A stretch of DNA of 64,000 nt, from the NCBI GenBank assembly GCA_050693875.1, contig JBOGWP010000095.1:9232-73231 (forward strand), given 5' to 3'. The position numbers and the translations under genes were made by a program. Numbering within the stretch: position 1 is the stretch's first letter; each line of letters begins with the position of its first letter. A model generated the notes under the pieces. The model saw only the letters and a program-made list of their open reading frames with translations, was not told the DNA's origin and searched no databases. Source of the DNA: Actinomycetota bacterium. GTDB lineage: Bacteria > Actinomycetota > CADDZG01 > JAHWKV01 > JBOGWP01. Positions 24,878-35,695 of the stretch are shown piece after piece.

Positions 24878-27085
24878 CTAGGTCGACGGCGGCGGAGTCG
24901 GGGACTCCTGGGAAGCGGGATAGTCCGGAGGCGGCGTGTACTCGTACGTGTACGGGGTGGGTGGGGGTGACGGGGTCGGCGACTGGGCAGGGCACGGCAG
25001 CAGCAGCCCGCACAGGTACCCCTGACCTCGTTGCGTCGCCGTCGGCGACGGGGTCGGGAGGGGGAGCGGGCTGTACGAGGGGGTGGGGGTCGGAAGCGTC
25101 GACTCGGCCGCGGTCTCGGTCGGTGACGGCGATCCGGCACCCGGAGCCGCTTCCGGCGGCGCGGGGAGGGGGGGAGGGGTGAACCCGACCGGGTCGGTCC
25201 CGTCGAGCGCGAGCCGCATGAACGCCGACCACATCTCGGCGGGGATCGTGCCTCCGGCAACCCGAGGCACGCCCTGGATGTTCTCCATCGGGCGGTTGGC
25301 GTCCTTGTAGCCCATCCAGACGGCGGTGGAGAGGTCGGGCGTGTAGCCCACGAACCAGGCGTTGTGGAAGTCCTGGGCGGTGCCGGTCTTCCCGGCGGCG
25401 GGGCGGTCGATGTTGGCGCGGGTGCCGGTTCCCTCCCGGATGACGCCCTCGAGGATCGAGGTGACGCGCTGGGCGATCCCAGGGTCGAGCGCCTGCGTCG
25501 TGTCGGCCGGGCCGCTCTCGAGCACCTTGCCCTTCGAGTCCGTCACCCTCGAGACGACCTTTGGCTCCCGGTAGACGCCCTCTCGAGCGAGCGTCGCGAA
25601 GGCCGAGGCCATCTCGAGCGTCGTCACCTCCTCCGCACCGAGGGCCAGGGCGGGCAGGGGATCGATACGCGTCCGGCAGGGGTCCGCGTCGGTGCGCTTG
25701 CACCCCGAGCGGGTGGGGAGCCATTCCGGACCCGGGATGCCCATGCGCTTCGCCGTGTCGACCACCTTGTCGGGCCCGACGTCCATCACGAGCTGGGCGA
25801 AGATCGTGTTGACGGAGTGGATCGTGGCCTGCTCCAGGTCCAGCGAGCCGAAGCTCGACTTGTCGAAGTTCTGGACCTCACACGTTGGCCGCCACCCCTT
25901 GATGCAGATCGTGGCCGGCCCGCGGTACCGCTTGTCCACCGGGATGTCGTTCTCCAGCGCGGCCGTGAGCACGAAGGGCTTGAACGCCGAGCCCGGCTGC
26001 CGCCGTCCTTGGATGGCGATGTTGAACTTCTCCTTGCCGTACTCGCGGCCCCCCACGACCGCACGGACGTAGCCCGTCTTCGGCTCGACGGCGACGAGGG
26101 CGGCGTGGGGGTCGAACCGGTCGGAGAGCGTCTCGGCGAGGATCTTCTCGGCGTCAGCCTGCATCCGCACGTCGATGGTCGTGGTGACCTCGAGCCCGCG
26201 CCCGAACACCTTGCCCTCGCCGTAGCGGTGGAGGAGATAGCGTCGGACCGCGTCGACGAACCAGGGGAAGCGGAAGACCTCCTCCCGCGCCCGCGCGTCG
26301 AAGACCGAGGGACGGTTGGTGCGTGCGGCCTCGGCGGCCGCCGGCGTGACGAACTGGAGTCGCTCCATACGGTCGAGCACGAAGAGGCGCCGGATCTCGG
26401 CCGCGCCGGGGTCCTTTGTGGGAGCGAAGCGCGTCGGCGCGGGGATGATGCCGGCGATAAGGGCCGACTCGGAGAGCGTCAGCTCGGATGCGGACTTGCC
26501 GAAGTACCGCTGCGCCGCCGCCTCGACCCCGTACGCCCCCTCGCCGAAATAGACGGTGTTGAGGTAGCGCTCGAGGATCTCCTTCTTCGACAGCTCGTTC
26601 TCGAGCTTCTGCGCCAGCCGCGCCTCCCGCACCTTGCGCACGAGGGTGCGGCGTCGGCTGATGTAGGCCGTCTTCACGTACTGCTGGGTGATTGTCGAAC
26701 CTCCCTGTACCGGCTCGCCGGCGAAGAAGTCGGCGAGGAGGGCACGGATGATCGCCTTCGTGTCCACGCCGGAATGCTTGAAGAAGCGAGCGTCTTCGGC
26801 GGCGAGCACCGCATCCTGGAGGTGCTTGGGCATCTGCTTCAGGTCCACCGGAACCCGGTCGACCTCTCCGTGGAACTTCGCCAGCAGGGATCCGTCGGCA
26901 GCGTAGATGTGACTGGTGTGCGCCTCGGTGACCGGCTTGGGCTGCGGGATGGTGTCGGCCGGCCGGGTGATCGTCCAGAAGGCGATGAAGGCGCCCAGCG
27001 CCGCGAGGGGGAGGAGCACGACCGTCGCGGCCGCCGATGCGACGAGCCAGGGGTGCTTGTTCCAAACGCGGAAGAAGAGGTCCAC
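24878..27085 (-). CDS. Class A penicillin-binding protein (bifunctional glycosyltransferase/transpeptidase, PBP1A-type)
   Basis: GT51 motifs (EDARFFKHSGVD, GGSTITQQYVK, RKVREARLA) and TP motifs (SAFKPF, SVN, KTGT). Pro-rich C-terminal tail. Confidence 0.9.
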   Translation of the reverse strand: MDLFFRVWNKHPWLVASAAATVVLLPLAALGAFIAFWTITRPADTIPQPKPVTEAHTSHIYAADGSLLAKFHGEVDRVPVDLKQMPKHLQDAVLAAEDARFFKHSGVDTKAIIRALLADFFAGEPVQGGSTITQQYVKTAYISRRRTLVRKVREARLAQKLENELSKKEILERYLNTVYFGEGAYGVEAAAQRYFGKSASELTLSESALIAGIIPAPTRFAPTKDPGAAEIRRLFVLDRMERLQFVTPAAAEAARTNRPSVFDARAREEVFRFPWFVDAVRRYLLHRYGEGKVFGRGLEVTTTIDVRMQADAEKILAETLSDRFDPHAALVAVEPKTGYVRAVVGGREYGKEKFNIAIQGRRQPGSAFKPFVLTAALENDIPVDKRYRGPATICIKGWRPTCEVQNFDKSSFGSLDLEQATIHSVNTIFAQLVMDVGPDKVVDTAKRMGIPGPEWLPTRSGCKRTDADPCRTRIDPLPALALGAEEVTTLEMASAFATLAREGVYREPKVVSRVTDSKGKVLESGPADTTQALDPGIAQRVTSILEGVIREGTGTRANIDRPAAGKTGTAQDFHNAWFVGYTPDLSTAVWMGYKDANRPMENIQGVPRVAGGTIPAEMWSAFMRLALDGTDPVGFTPPPLPAPPEAAPGAGSPSPTETAAESTLPTPTPSYSPLPLPTPSPTATQRGQGYLCGLLLPCPAQSPTPSPPPTPYTYEYTPPPDYPASQESPTPPPST

Positions 27086-27247
27086 GGACTGTCCTTCTTA
27101 CCCCGACGGCGCCCGGAGCATGCCTTGCCACAGACTAGGACATCTCGGACGACCATGCCCCGGGCGGGATCGTCCCGATCCGCCCCGATCGTGGCCGCGG
27201 GGGACCCGGATACACTCGGGCTGCGCCGGAGGGGAAAGGAGTCGCTC

Positions 27248-27613
27248 GTGGCCAGCCAGGACGTGATCGGCCGGGCGCGCAGCCTCCTCACGTCGATCCC
27301 GAGCGTCGGCAAGCTGCTCCTCCGGCTCGCCCGCGATCCCCGGGTGCCCCGGCGGAGCAAGCTGCTCTTCGGTGGGGTCGCCGTCTATCTGCTGATCCCG
27401 TTCGACATCGTTCCCGACTGGATTCCCGGCCTCGGGCAGGTCGACGACCTCGTGCTGCTGGCGCTTGCCCTCGACGCCATGCTAAACCGGGTTCCCGAAG
27501 AGATCATCGCCGACCACTGGGAGGGAGATCCCGAGGCGCTGCGAACGTTGCGCCGGATGCTCGGCGCCGCCACCCGCTTCGTGCCCAGCCACATCAAGGG
27601 ATGGCTGGGGTAG
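27248..27613 (+). CDS. DUF1232 (YkvA-like) family membrane protein
   Basis: LRLARDPRVPRRSKLLFGGVAVYLLIPFDIVPDWIPGLGQVDDLVLLALAL matches the DUF1232 core. GTG with AAAGGAG 6 nt upstream. Confidence 0.7.
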   Translation: MASQDVIGRARSLLTSIPSVGKLLLRLARDPRVPRRSKLLFGGVAVYLLIPFDIVPDWIPGLGQVDDLVLLALALDAMLNRVPEEIIADHWEGDPEALRTLRRMLGAATRFVPSHIKGWLG

Positions 27614-28380
27614 CGGCGACGCCGGCGCGAGAGCTCGTCCCAGCCGTCCCCGTCCAGGGCGTCTTCACCCTGGTCGGGCTCGAGCTGCTGATCGGCACGT
27701 TCGTGCTGATGTGGGTGACCCTGCTGGTGTGGCGTGTGGTGGACCGAGGCCATTACCGCGCGGCGACCTGGGTGCTGTTCCCCCTGCAGGCCGCGCTGTC
27801 GTTCGCGCTGGGGCGTGACCTTCGCACCGCCGGGCTCATCACCGCAGGAGCCATGGCGGTGTTCCTCGCAGCGGCCTACTCGCAGCGACCGCTCGTCGAA
27901 TGGATCACGGGCGGGCTCGCGTCCGCGGCCGGGTTGTGGGTCGTCGCCCAGCTGGGAGTGGACGGGTGCGGCTGCGCCGCGGGTGCTCCCCAGGCGTTCG
28001 CCGGCGCCCTCTTCCTCGGGGCCGTGAGCCACGGCATGACGCTCGGGCATTGGTACCTGAACCAGCCGAGGCTCCCGATCGAACCGCTGCGCGGCGCCGG
28101 CTTCATTCTGCTCGGGTCGATCGCGGTGTCTCTTGTTGCCGGTCTCGTCTCCCGCCCGGAGCTGATCCGCGCGCGGATCGGCGGCGGGCTCCTTGCCTTC
28201 TCGGGCGCGGGGTACTGGTGGGCGTGGCTCCTGCTGCTGGCCGGCACCGCGATCCTGGCGGTGATGGTCCGGGCAACCGTCGCCACCCGAGCGACCCAGT
28301 CGGCGACCGGCCTCCTCTACATTGCGATGGTGACGGCGATCGCGGCGCAGTTCCTGATGACCCTGCTGCTGGCGGCATGA
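27601..28380 (+). CDS. Hypothetical polytopic membrane protein
   Basis: 259 aa with seven hydrophobic segments. ATG overlaps the DUF1232 3' end, and its stop overlaps the LLM start (ATGA). Confidence 0.55.
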   Translation: MAGVAATPARELVPAVPVQGVFTLVGLELLIGTFVLMWVTLLVWRVVDRGHYRAATWVLFPLQAALSFALGRDLRTAGLITAGAMAVFLAAAYSQRPLVEWITGGLASAAGLWVVAQLGVDGCGCAAGAPQAFAGALFLGAVSHGMTLGHWYLNQPRLPIEPLRGAGFILLGSIAVSLVAGLVSRPELIRARIGGGLLAFSGAGYWWAWLLLLAGTAILAVMVRATVATRATQSATGLLYIAMVTAIAAQFLMTLLLAA

Positions 28381-29090
28381 CCCGGTTCGGGATCGTGCTG
28401 CCGCGGCGGACCGCGTCGCCGGAGGACCTTCTCGACCCGGCGCGCGCCGCCGAGGAGGCCGGGCTCGACTCGGTGTGGGTGTCGGACCATCTGTGGGGGC
28501 GGGATCCGGATGCGCCGACGTTCGAGGCCTGGACGGCCCTGACGGCGGTCGCGGCGACGACGCGACGGATCGGTGTGGGCGCGCTCGTCCTGCGGGCGAC
28601 GCTGCGCCTCCCGCGAGTGCTGGCGGCGATGGCGGCGACGCTGTCGAAGGTGGCCCCCGGCCGGCTGGTCGTCGGGCTCGGCGCCGGCGATGTCGACAAC
28701 CGCGCCGAGGACGCCGCGTCCGGCTACCCCACCCCGCCAACGACTCGGCGGATCGAGGCCGTCGGCGAGTCGATGGAGGCGCTGCGCCGCCACGCCCCCG
28801 GCGTGCGGGTGTGGGTGGGCGGAACAGGCGACGACCTCCTCGCCCTCGCAGCCGGGGCCGATGGCTGGAACCAGTGGGGGAGGCCGGAGCAGTTCGCCGA
28901 GCACCGCTCGCGGCTCGTGGAACGGTGCGACCCGGATCGGCTCCCGGAGATCTCGTGGGCGGGGCTTGATCCCGGACCGGTGATGGTGCGGGATCTGATC
29001 GGTGCGGGGGCCGAGCACATCATCGTCGCGGTGGGGGCTCGGACCTACCGGGAGCGCATCGACGCCGTGGCCCGCCTTCGGGACACGTAG
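28377..29090 (+). CDS. LLM-class F420-dependent oxidoreductase (luciferase-like)
   Basis: MTRFGIVLP...LDSVWVSDHLWG...TRRIGVGALVL is typical of the LLM family. Confidence 0.75.
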   Translation: MTRFGIVLPRRTASPEDLLDPARAAEEAGLDSVWVSDHLWGRDPDAPTFEAWTALTAVAATTRRIGVGALVLRATLRLPRVLAAMAATLSKVAPGRLVVGLGAGDVDNRAEDAASGYPTPPTTRRIEAVGESMEALRRHAPGVRVWVGGTGDDLLALAAGADGWNQWGRPEQFAEHRSRLVERCDPDRLPEISWAGLDPGPVMVRDLIGAGAEHIIVAVGARTYRERIDAVARLRDT

Positions 29091-29091
29091 C

Positions 29092-30287
29092 TCAGCGGAC
29101 CTCGAGACCCTCGGCGATCTTCAGGAGCTGCCCGGCGGGGAGCCCTGGCGCCGTGATCTTGATGTAGAGCCCCTCGCGCTCCCTCCAAACGAGGACCGCC
29201 TCGTTGACGCCCGTCCCCGGAAGGAGCCCTCCTTCGCGTCCGCGGACAGTCACGGTCTCGATGCGCTCCGGCTCCGGGCTCGACGTAGCGACCAACTCAT
29301 CGAGGCTCTTGGGGGGGCCTGGATAGCGGTGATCCAGAGGATGTCCGAGACCGGGACGGGGCCGTGGCGAGGCGCGCCTACCCGATAATTCCAGGTGACG
29401 GTCAACCCGCGGGGCCTCGGAATCGCGAACCTCGTGCCATCCCCGGTGGCTCGAACGGAGTCGTACTCACCCGTGGCCTGAAAGCCGTCCGGCACCCGGT
29501 CGAGGACGAAGGCCAGGCTTCCCCCCTCGGGGAACCGCACCCCTTCGGCCACGTCCAGCAGACCCTGCTCGCTGAGCGCCCCCTGCGCCTGAACGTCAAC
29601 CACCACGCCCTCCCTCTCCTGCCATGCCAGCTGGCCCCCCAGGGGGGATGCTTCCCCAGGTCACAGCCGGAGGAAAGATCGCCTTTCGGCCACGCACCTT
29701 CCCCGCTCGAGCGCCGGGGACGAACCGCGCAAGTTCGTCCACCGCAAGACCGCCGGCCACGCGGGAGGCCGTCACACCGACTCTGCTTCGGGCCGCTGCC
29801 CGGGCGTGGGAGCCGGGGAGGGCGGAAAGGTCCCATAGCCGCCTGAGAAGAACTCGGGGGCTGCTGCCTCCTCGAAATAGCCGTCGTACTTCCCCGCGAA
29901 CGCATAGCCTTCCGGCAGCACAGGCGGGTCTCGCCTCGCGGCGGGGGGCCGAGGAGTCGTACTTCCCCGCGAACGCATAGCCTTCCGGCAGATACCGGAT
30001 TGCCAGGTCCGCGGCCGAGGCGACGTCCGGAACCTCCGGCGCCTCCCGGTGGCCGGCCCGGCCGGAGTCGCCCGGGAGTCCCTCCACTGCGCGATCAGGC
30101 TTGGGGCCGCCCAGACGAGCCCGGTGACGAGGGCGAAAGCGAGGCGGCCCGCGAAGGCTCTCCGGCCGAATCGCCGGCGGCCTCCCCGTCGGCGAATGCA
30201 AGGTCGGGCCCATGCGACGGTGGTGCCGCCGCATTCCTTCAACAGGGTTGAAATGTGATGCACGATCGGCCTCCAGTTCTCGACCAT
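29092..30287 (-). pseudogene. Anti-sigma factor-like gene, disrupted (at least two frameshifts at G/C homopolymers; 36-bp internal duplication)
   Basis: A TM segment (RRAFAGRLAFALVTGLVWAAPSLIA) follows the sigma gene. Reading frame changes near a C6 run (~29935) and a G7 run (29311-29317). The 36-mer encoding LPEGYAFAGKYD occurs twice, at 29883-29918 and 29956-29991, 73 nt apart and out of frame. Confidence 0.5.
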
Positions 30288-30711
30288 TTGCTCCCGGAGC
30301 CGGGCAATCGCGCGGTGGGTAAGCGCCTTCACCGTGCCCGGGGGCAATCCATCACCCAGGCCACCTCCGCGACCGGCATGTCGAGCAGGTACCGCAGACC
30401 ACGGCGATTCGCTGCCGCTTCGGAAGGCCGGCCACCGGCCGACGGACGGCGAGCCTGTCGGCGGCTGCTTCCTCCGACACATCGTTCAGGGTCATCGCTT
30501 CGAGCCTCGCCCGGGCCCGCTGCTCGGCCCTTCGGCGGCGAAACCACGACGCCGCGAGGTTGAAGGCGGTGCGGTAGGTCCACGCCCGGGGGTGATCCAT
30601 CCGTTCCACCTGGGGCCAGCGCTCCCACACCCGCACGAGGGCGTCCTGCGCCAGCCCTCGGCCGCCCACCGGTCGCCGCAGTACAAGCTGAGCGCTCCGA
30701 CGAGGGCGCAC
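30270..30711 (-). pseudogene. ECF (sigma-70 family) RNA polymerase sigma factor, disrupted by two single-base deletions in region 4
   Basis: Region 2 (AQDALVRVWERW...RAWTYRTAFNLAASWFRRRR) is in one frame, LRYLLDMPVAEVAWVMDCP in a second, and GTVKALTHRAIARLREQ in a third. The shifts are at gtggtc^tgcgg (~30393) and a C5 run (~30350). The N-terminal region 2.1 is also missing. Confidence 0.6.
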
Positions 30712-30830
30712 TGGAGGTGGCGGCAGAACTCGACCGCGCCCGCCTCGCCCACTCGTCTCTTCCGGCCGTCAGAGGGTAGAACGCTCGGCGGGGAGGAGCG
30801 GTTTACAAGGGCCCTGAAGGCCGTGCTACG

Positions 30831-30847
30831 ATACCCCTCGGGGGTAT
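30831..30847. promoter_or_regulatory. CsoR-type operator palindrome ATACCCCTCGGGGGTAT upstream of copZ
   Basis: A perfect 17-bp palindrome 17 nt before the copZ ATG, immediately followed by AAGGAG. It matches the ATACCC-N-GGGTAT architecture of CsoR boxes at copZA promoters. Confidence 0.6.
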
Positions 30848-30863
30848 AGGAAGGAGAATTCGG

Positions 30864-31109
30864 ATGACCGACCGGGTGCTCGCCGTACCCGAGGTCCACT
30901 GTGGACACTGCGTCGCTTCGATCGAGGGCGCCGTGGGCTCACTCGGCGGCGTGGAGAGCGTCACCGTTGACCTGACAAGCAAGGACGTCTCCGTACGCTT
31001 CGACGAGTCGCGCGTCAGCCTGGAGTCGATCGTCGAGACGATCGAGGGACAGGGCTACGACGTCGGCGAGTCCGGCGGAGGCTTCCTCCAGATCGGGACC
31101 AGGCCTTAG
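30864..31109 (+). CDS. copZ: Copper chaperone CopZ (heavy-metal-associated domain)
   Basis: 81 aa with a metal-binding loop [11 protein letters not shown]. Confidence 0.8.
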   Translation: MTDRVLAVPEVHCGHCVASIEGAVGSLGGVESVTVDLTSKDVSVRFDESRVSLESIVETIEGQGYDVGESGGGFLQIGTRP

Positions 31110-31110
31110 C

Positions 31111-33321
<2,211 letters not shown>

Positions 33322-33330
33322 ACCGGGCCG

Positions 33331-33720
33331 CTACGGGGAGGCCGCGATGCCGGCCGCCACCAGGGCCTCCTGCCGGCGGACGAAGTCTCTCATCCGCACG
33401 ATCTTCCCATCGCGCATCTCGACAACCTGGAATAGCCCTTCGGCGTCGGCCGGGAAGAAAGGCGGCAACCCATCCAGGTCGGGGACCATGACGAAGACGT
33501 CGCCGCTCCCCAGGAAGTGTGACATCCGTAGGGGAACGCCCGCCTCCAGGGCTCCCTCGATGACCTGCATCACCTCGTCACGCCCTCGGCAGTTGCCCTC
33601 GCCGTCCCAGGCCCACGACTCGATCCCCGGGTCGAGCATCTCGCGGAACACCCCGAGGTCACCGTGCTCGGCCAGGGCTTGGTAGGCACGGCGGAACTGC
33701 TCCACGTGGGGACCGTCCAC
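33331..33720 (-). CDS. NTF2-like / SnoaL-like family protein
   Basis: VEQFRRAYQALAEHGDLGVFREMLDPGIESWAWDGEG... Start assigned to a GTG. The ORF-track ATG at 33801 adds 27 aa. Confidence 0.5.
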   Translation of the reverse strand: MDGPHVEQFRRAYQALAEHGDLGVFREMLDPGIESWAWDGEGNCRGRDEVMQVIEGALEAGVPLRMSHFLGSGDVFVMVPDLDGLPPFFPADAEGLFQVVEMRDGKIVRMRDFVRRQEALVAAGIAASP

Positions 33721-34061
33721 ACGACGATGCTCCCACCCCGCCGATCGGCGCGCCAGATGCTCGACGAAAAATGATGGCCAGGCAATGCAAATCCACGCCA
33801 ATTGGCCAGACGCCGGACCAGGCTAGGCCAGCTCGAGGTGCCGAAGTTGGCGCGAATGAGTCAAGTTTTGGGACGAGACCGACCGGGGCCGCACCTCAAG
33901 CTGGGCCCGGCAGGCGCCGAACGGACTGAGGCCCTGCCGGGATGGAGGACTGCCGGCGAAGCCTCGGCTCGCCGAGCAAGGCGTGGCGGGCCGACATTGA
34001 GGACCGCGGCCGGAGGCCGCTCCTTGCCTTTCCAACCTGTACCGGGGAGCCAAGCGACCCG

Positions 34062-35549
34062 CTAGGAGTCGTCGTCTCGGGAGGGCGACAGGAGCTCCCC
34101 GCTCGGCCTCAGGTGGGCGCCGCCTGCGGCGTAGTGCCGGAGCCGCTCCTGGCCCTCGGGTGAGAGCATCTCGACGGCGTCGAAGAACACCTTCCCCCGC
34201 GCGGCCCGCAGCGCGGCATCTCCGGCGCTCCCCCGGTGCGGCAGGTCGGTGGACAGGAGCACCAGCGGCCGGGGGGCGAAGTCGCCCGAGGCGAGAACCC
34301 CCGCCTTTCCGAGCGCCTTCCACAGCGTGTCGGTGCGGCGCAGCCCCGCCCGGGTGGTCGTGAAGGCCCCCGAGACGTCGAAGTGCCAGACCTCGCCGTG
34401 GCGGTCCTTGGCGAGGAAGGTGACCTCGATCCCGGTTGGCATCCGGCGGTCCTCGACGATCTCGGAGAACCCGCAGTCCTCGAGGACGGCGCGCGCGATC
34501 TCCCTGGCCTTCCGCCCTTCCCGCACGGCCCGTGCCTGGAAGCTCTCGTCGTCGGCCTGCTGGCCGGTGGGGAGGGCGGGGAGCACGACGCGCGGGTGAG
34601 CCGACTGCCACCCCGACCGAGCCGCCACCCGTGCGCGCTCCTCGTCGACGCGGCGGTTGGATGACTCGACGTAGGACGCATCGGTGTCGTATCCGGCGAA
34701 GCGGCGCTCGGTCCGCAGCGCGGCAATCGCGGTTGAGCCGCTGCCCATGAACGGGTCGAGCACGAGGTCGCCGCGATAGGTGTAGAGCTCGATCAGCCGC
34801 TGGGGGAGCTCGACCGGGAAGGGGGCGGGGTGGCCGACCCGGGTGGCGGACTCGGGCGGGATCTCCCACAGGTCGGTGGTCGCCTCCATGAAATCGTCGG
34901 TGAACATCGAGGCCTCGGAGGGGAGCCCCATCGACGCCCGCTCGCGGCGAGAGATGGCTCGGCTGAAGCGGCCCTTCGAGGCGACGACCACGCGCTCGGT
35001 CAGGTCGCGGAGAACCGGGTTTGCCGGGCTCTGGAACGAGCCCCAGGCGCACGAGCCGGTGGCGCCGCGGGCCTTCTGCCATATGATCTCGCCCCGCAGC
35101 AGCAGGCCGAGGCGGTCCTGCAGGATCCCGATCACGTCTGCCGAGAGCGAGCGGTAGGGCCGGCGGCCGAGGTTGGCGACGTTGACCGCGATCCGCCCTC
35201 CCGGCTCGAGCTTGTCGACGCAGCATGCGAAGACCTCGGTCAGCAACTCGAGGTACTCGAAGTAGGTGGCCGGTACGCCGCCCTCGCCGAGCGCCTGCTC
35301 GTACTCCTTGCCGGCGAAGTAGGGAGGGGAGGTGACGACGAGGGCGACGGAGGCCGGCGGGAGCTCGTCCATCCGCCGCGCATCGCCCCGACGGATCCAA
35401 TCGAGCCCGAGGGGCGGGTGCACGATCTCGTCGCTCGAGAGCTGCGGAGGGGTGAAGCGGGAGTAGAAGAATGAGGAGTCGTGGCTCTCGCGCCGCCCGA
35501 CGCCGAATGGGGAGGTGGACGTGGGCTTTCGCCGCCTGCCGACGCTCAC
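34062..35549 (-). CDS. Beta-class DNA methyltransferase (N4-cytosine or N6-adenine; motif IV SPPY before motif I) with ~150-aa C-terminal extension; no adjacent restriction enzyme
   Basis: Motif IV (VVTSPPYF), ...GRIAVNV..., motif I (DPFMGSGSTAIAA). The C-terminal EIVEDRRMPTGIEVTFLAKDRHGEVWHFDVSGAF... is of unknown family. Confidence 0.8.
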   Translation of the reverse strand: MSVGRRRKPTSTSPFGVGRRESHDSSFFYSRFTPPQLSSDEIVHPPLGLDWIRRGDARRMDELPPASVALVVTSPPYFAGKEYEQALGEGGVPATYFEYLELLTEVFACCVDKLEPGGRIAVNVANLGRRPYRSLSADVIGILQDRLGLLLRGEIIWQKARGATGSCAWGSFQSPANPVLRDLTERVVVASKGRFSRAISRRERASMGLPSEASMFTDDFMEATTDLWEIPPESATRVGHPAPFPVELPQRLIELYTYRGDLVLDPFMGSGSTAIAALRTERRFAGYDTDASYVESSNRRVDEERARVAARSGWQSAHPRVVLPALPTGQQADDESFQARAVREGRKAREIARAVLEDCGFSEIVEDRRMPTGIEVTFLAKDRHGEVWHFDVSGAFTTTRAGLRRTDTLWKALGKAGVLASGDFAPRPLVLLSTDLPHRGSAGDAALRAARGKVFFDAVEMLSPEGQERLRHYAAGGAHLRPSGELLSPSRDDDS

Positions 35550-35695
35550 TGCGGCCTCCTCGTATGTTCAGTTCCTGATGGCAGAGCATAGAGGCGGGCC
35601 CTTGAGGATCCTCGGCTTTCCCAAGGTGTTCCTCCGAAGAAGGCCACGCCGGCCGCGGGCCTCCTGTCACCCGCCCCTCGTACACTTGACCCAAA

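Noticed and set aside
25364-27613. 749-aa forward ORF
   Set aside because: It is antisense to the class A PBP gene. Only its last 121 codons (27248-27613, the DUF1232 gene) are real.
30329-30420. Programmed ribosomal frameshifting in the ECF sigma gene
   Set aside because: Two -1 events within 45 nt do not restore the frame. There are further breaks in the downstream anti-sigma gene. No slippery heptamer or stimulatory structure is evident. Decay or error is the simpler explanation.
33905-33940. 9-bp inverted repeat CCCGGCAGG...CCTGCCGGG between the NTF2-like gene and the methyltransferase gene
   Set aside because: It could be a terminator, but there is no U-tract on either strand, and GC-rich DNA yields such stems by chance. 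Not supportable as a feature.
35550-35695. LexA/SOS (Cheo) box or RecA-independent damage promoter upstream of uvrB
   Set aside because: There is no match to TCGAAC-N4-GTTCGA or GAAC-N4-GTTC. Only a TTGACC hexamer lies 10 nt before the ATG, which is too close to act as a -35 element.
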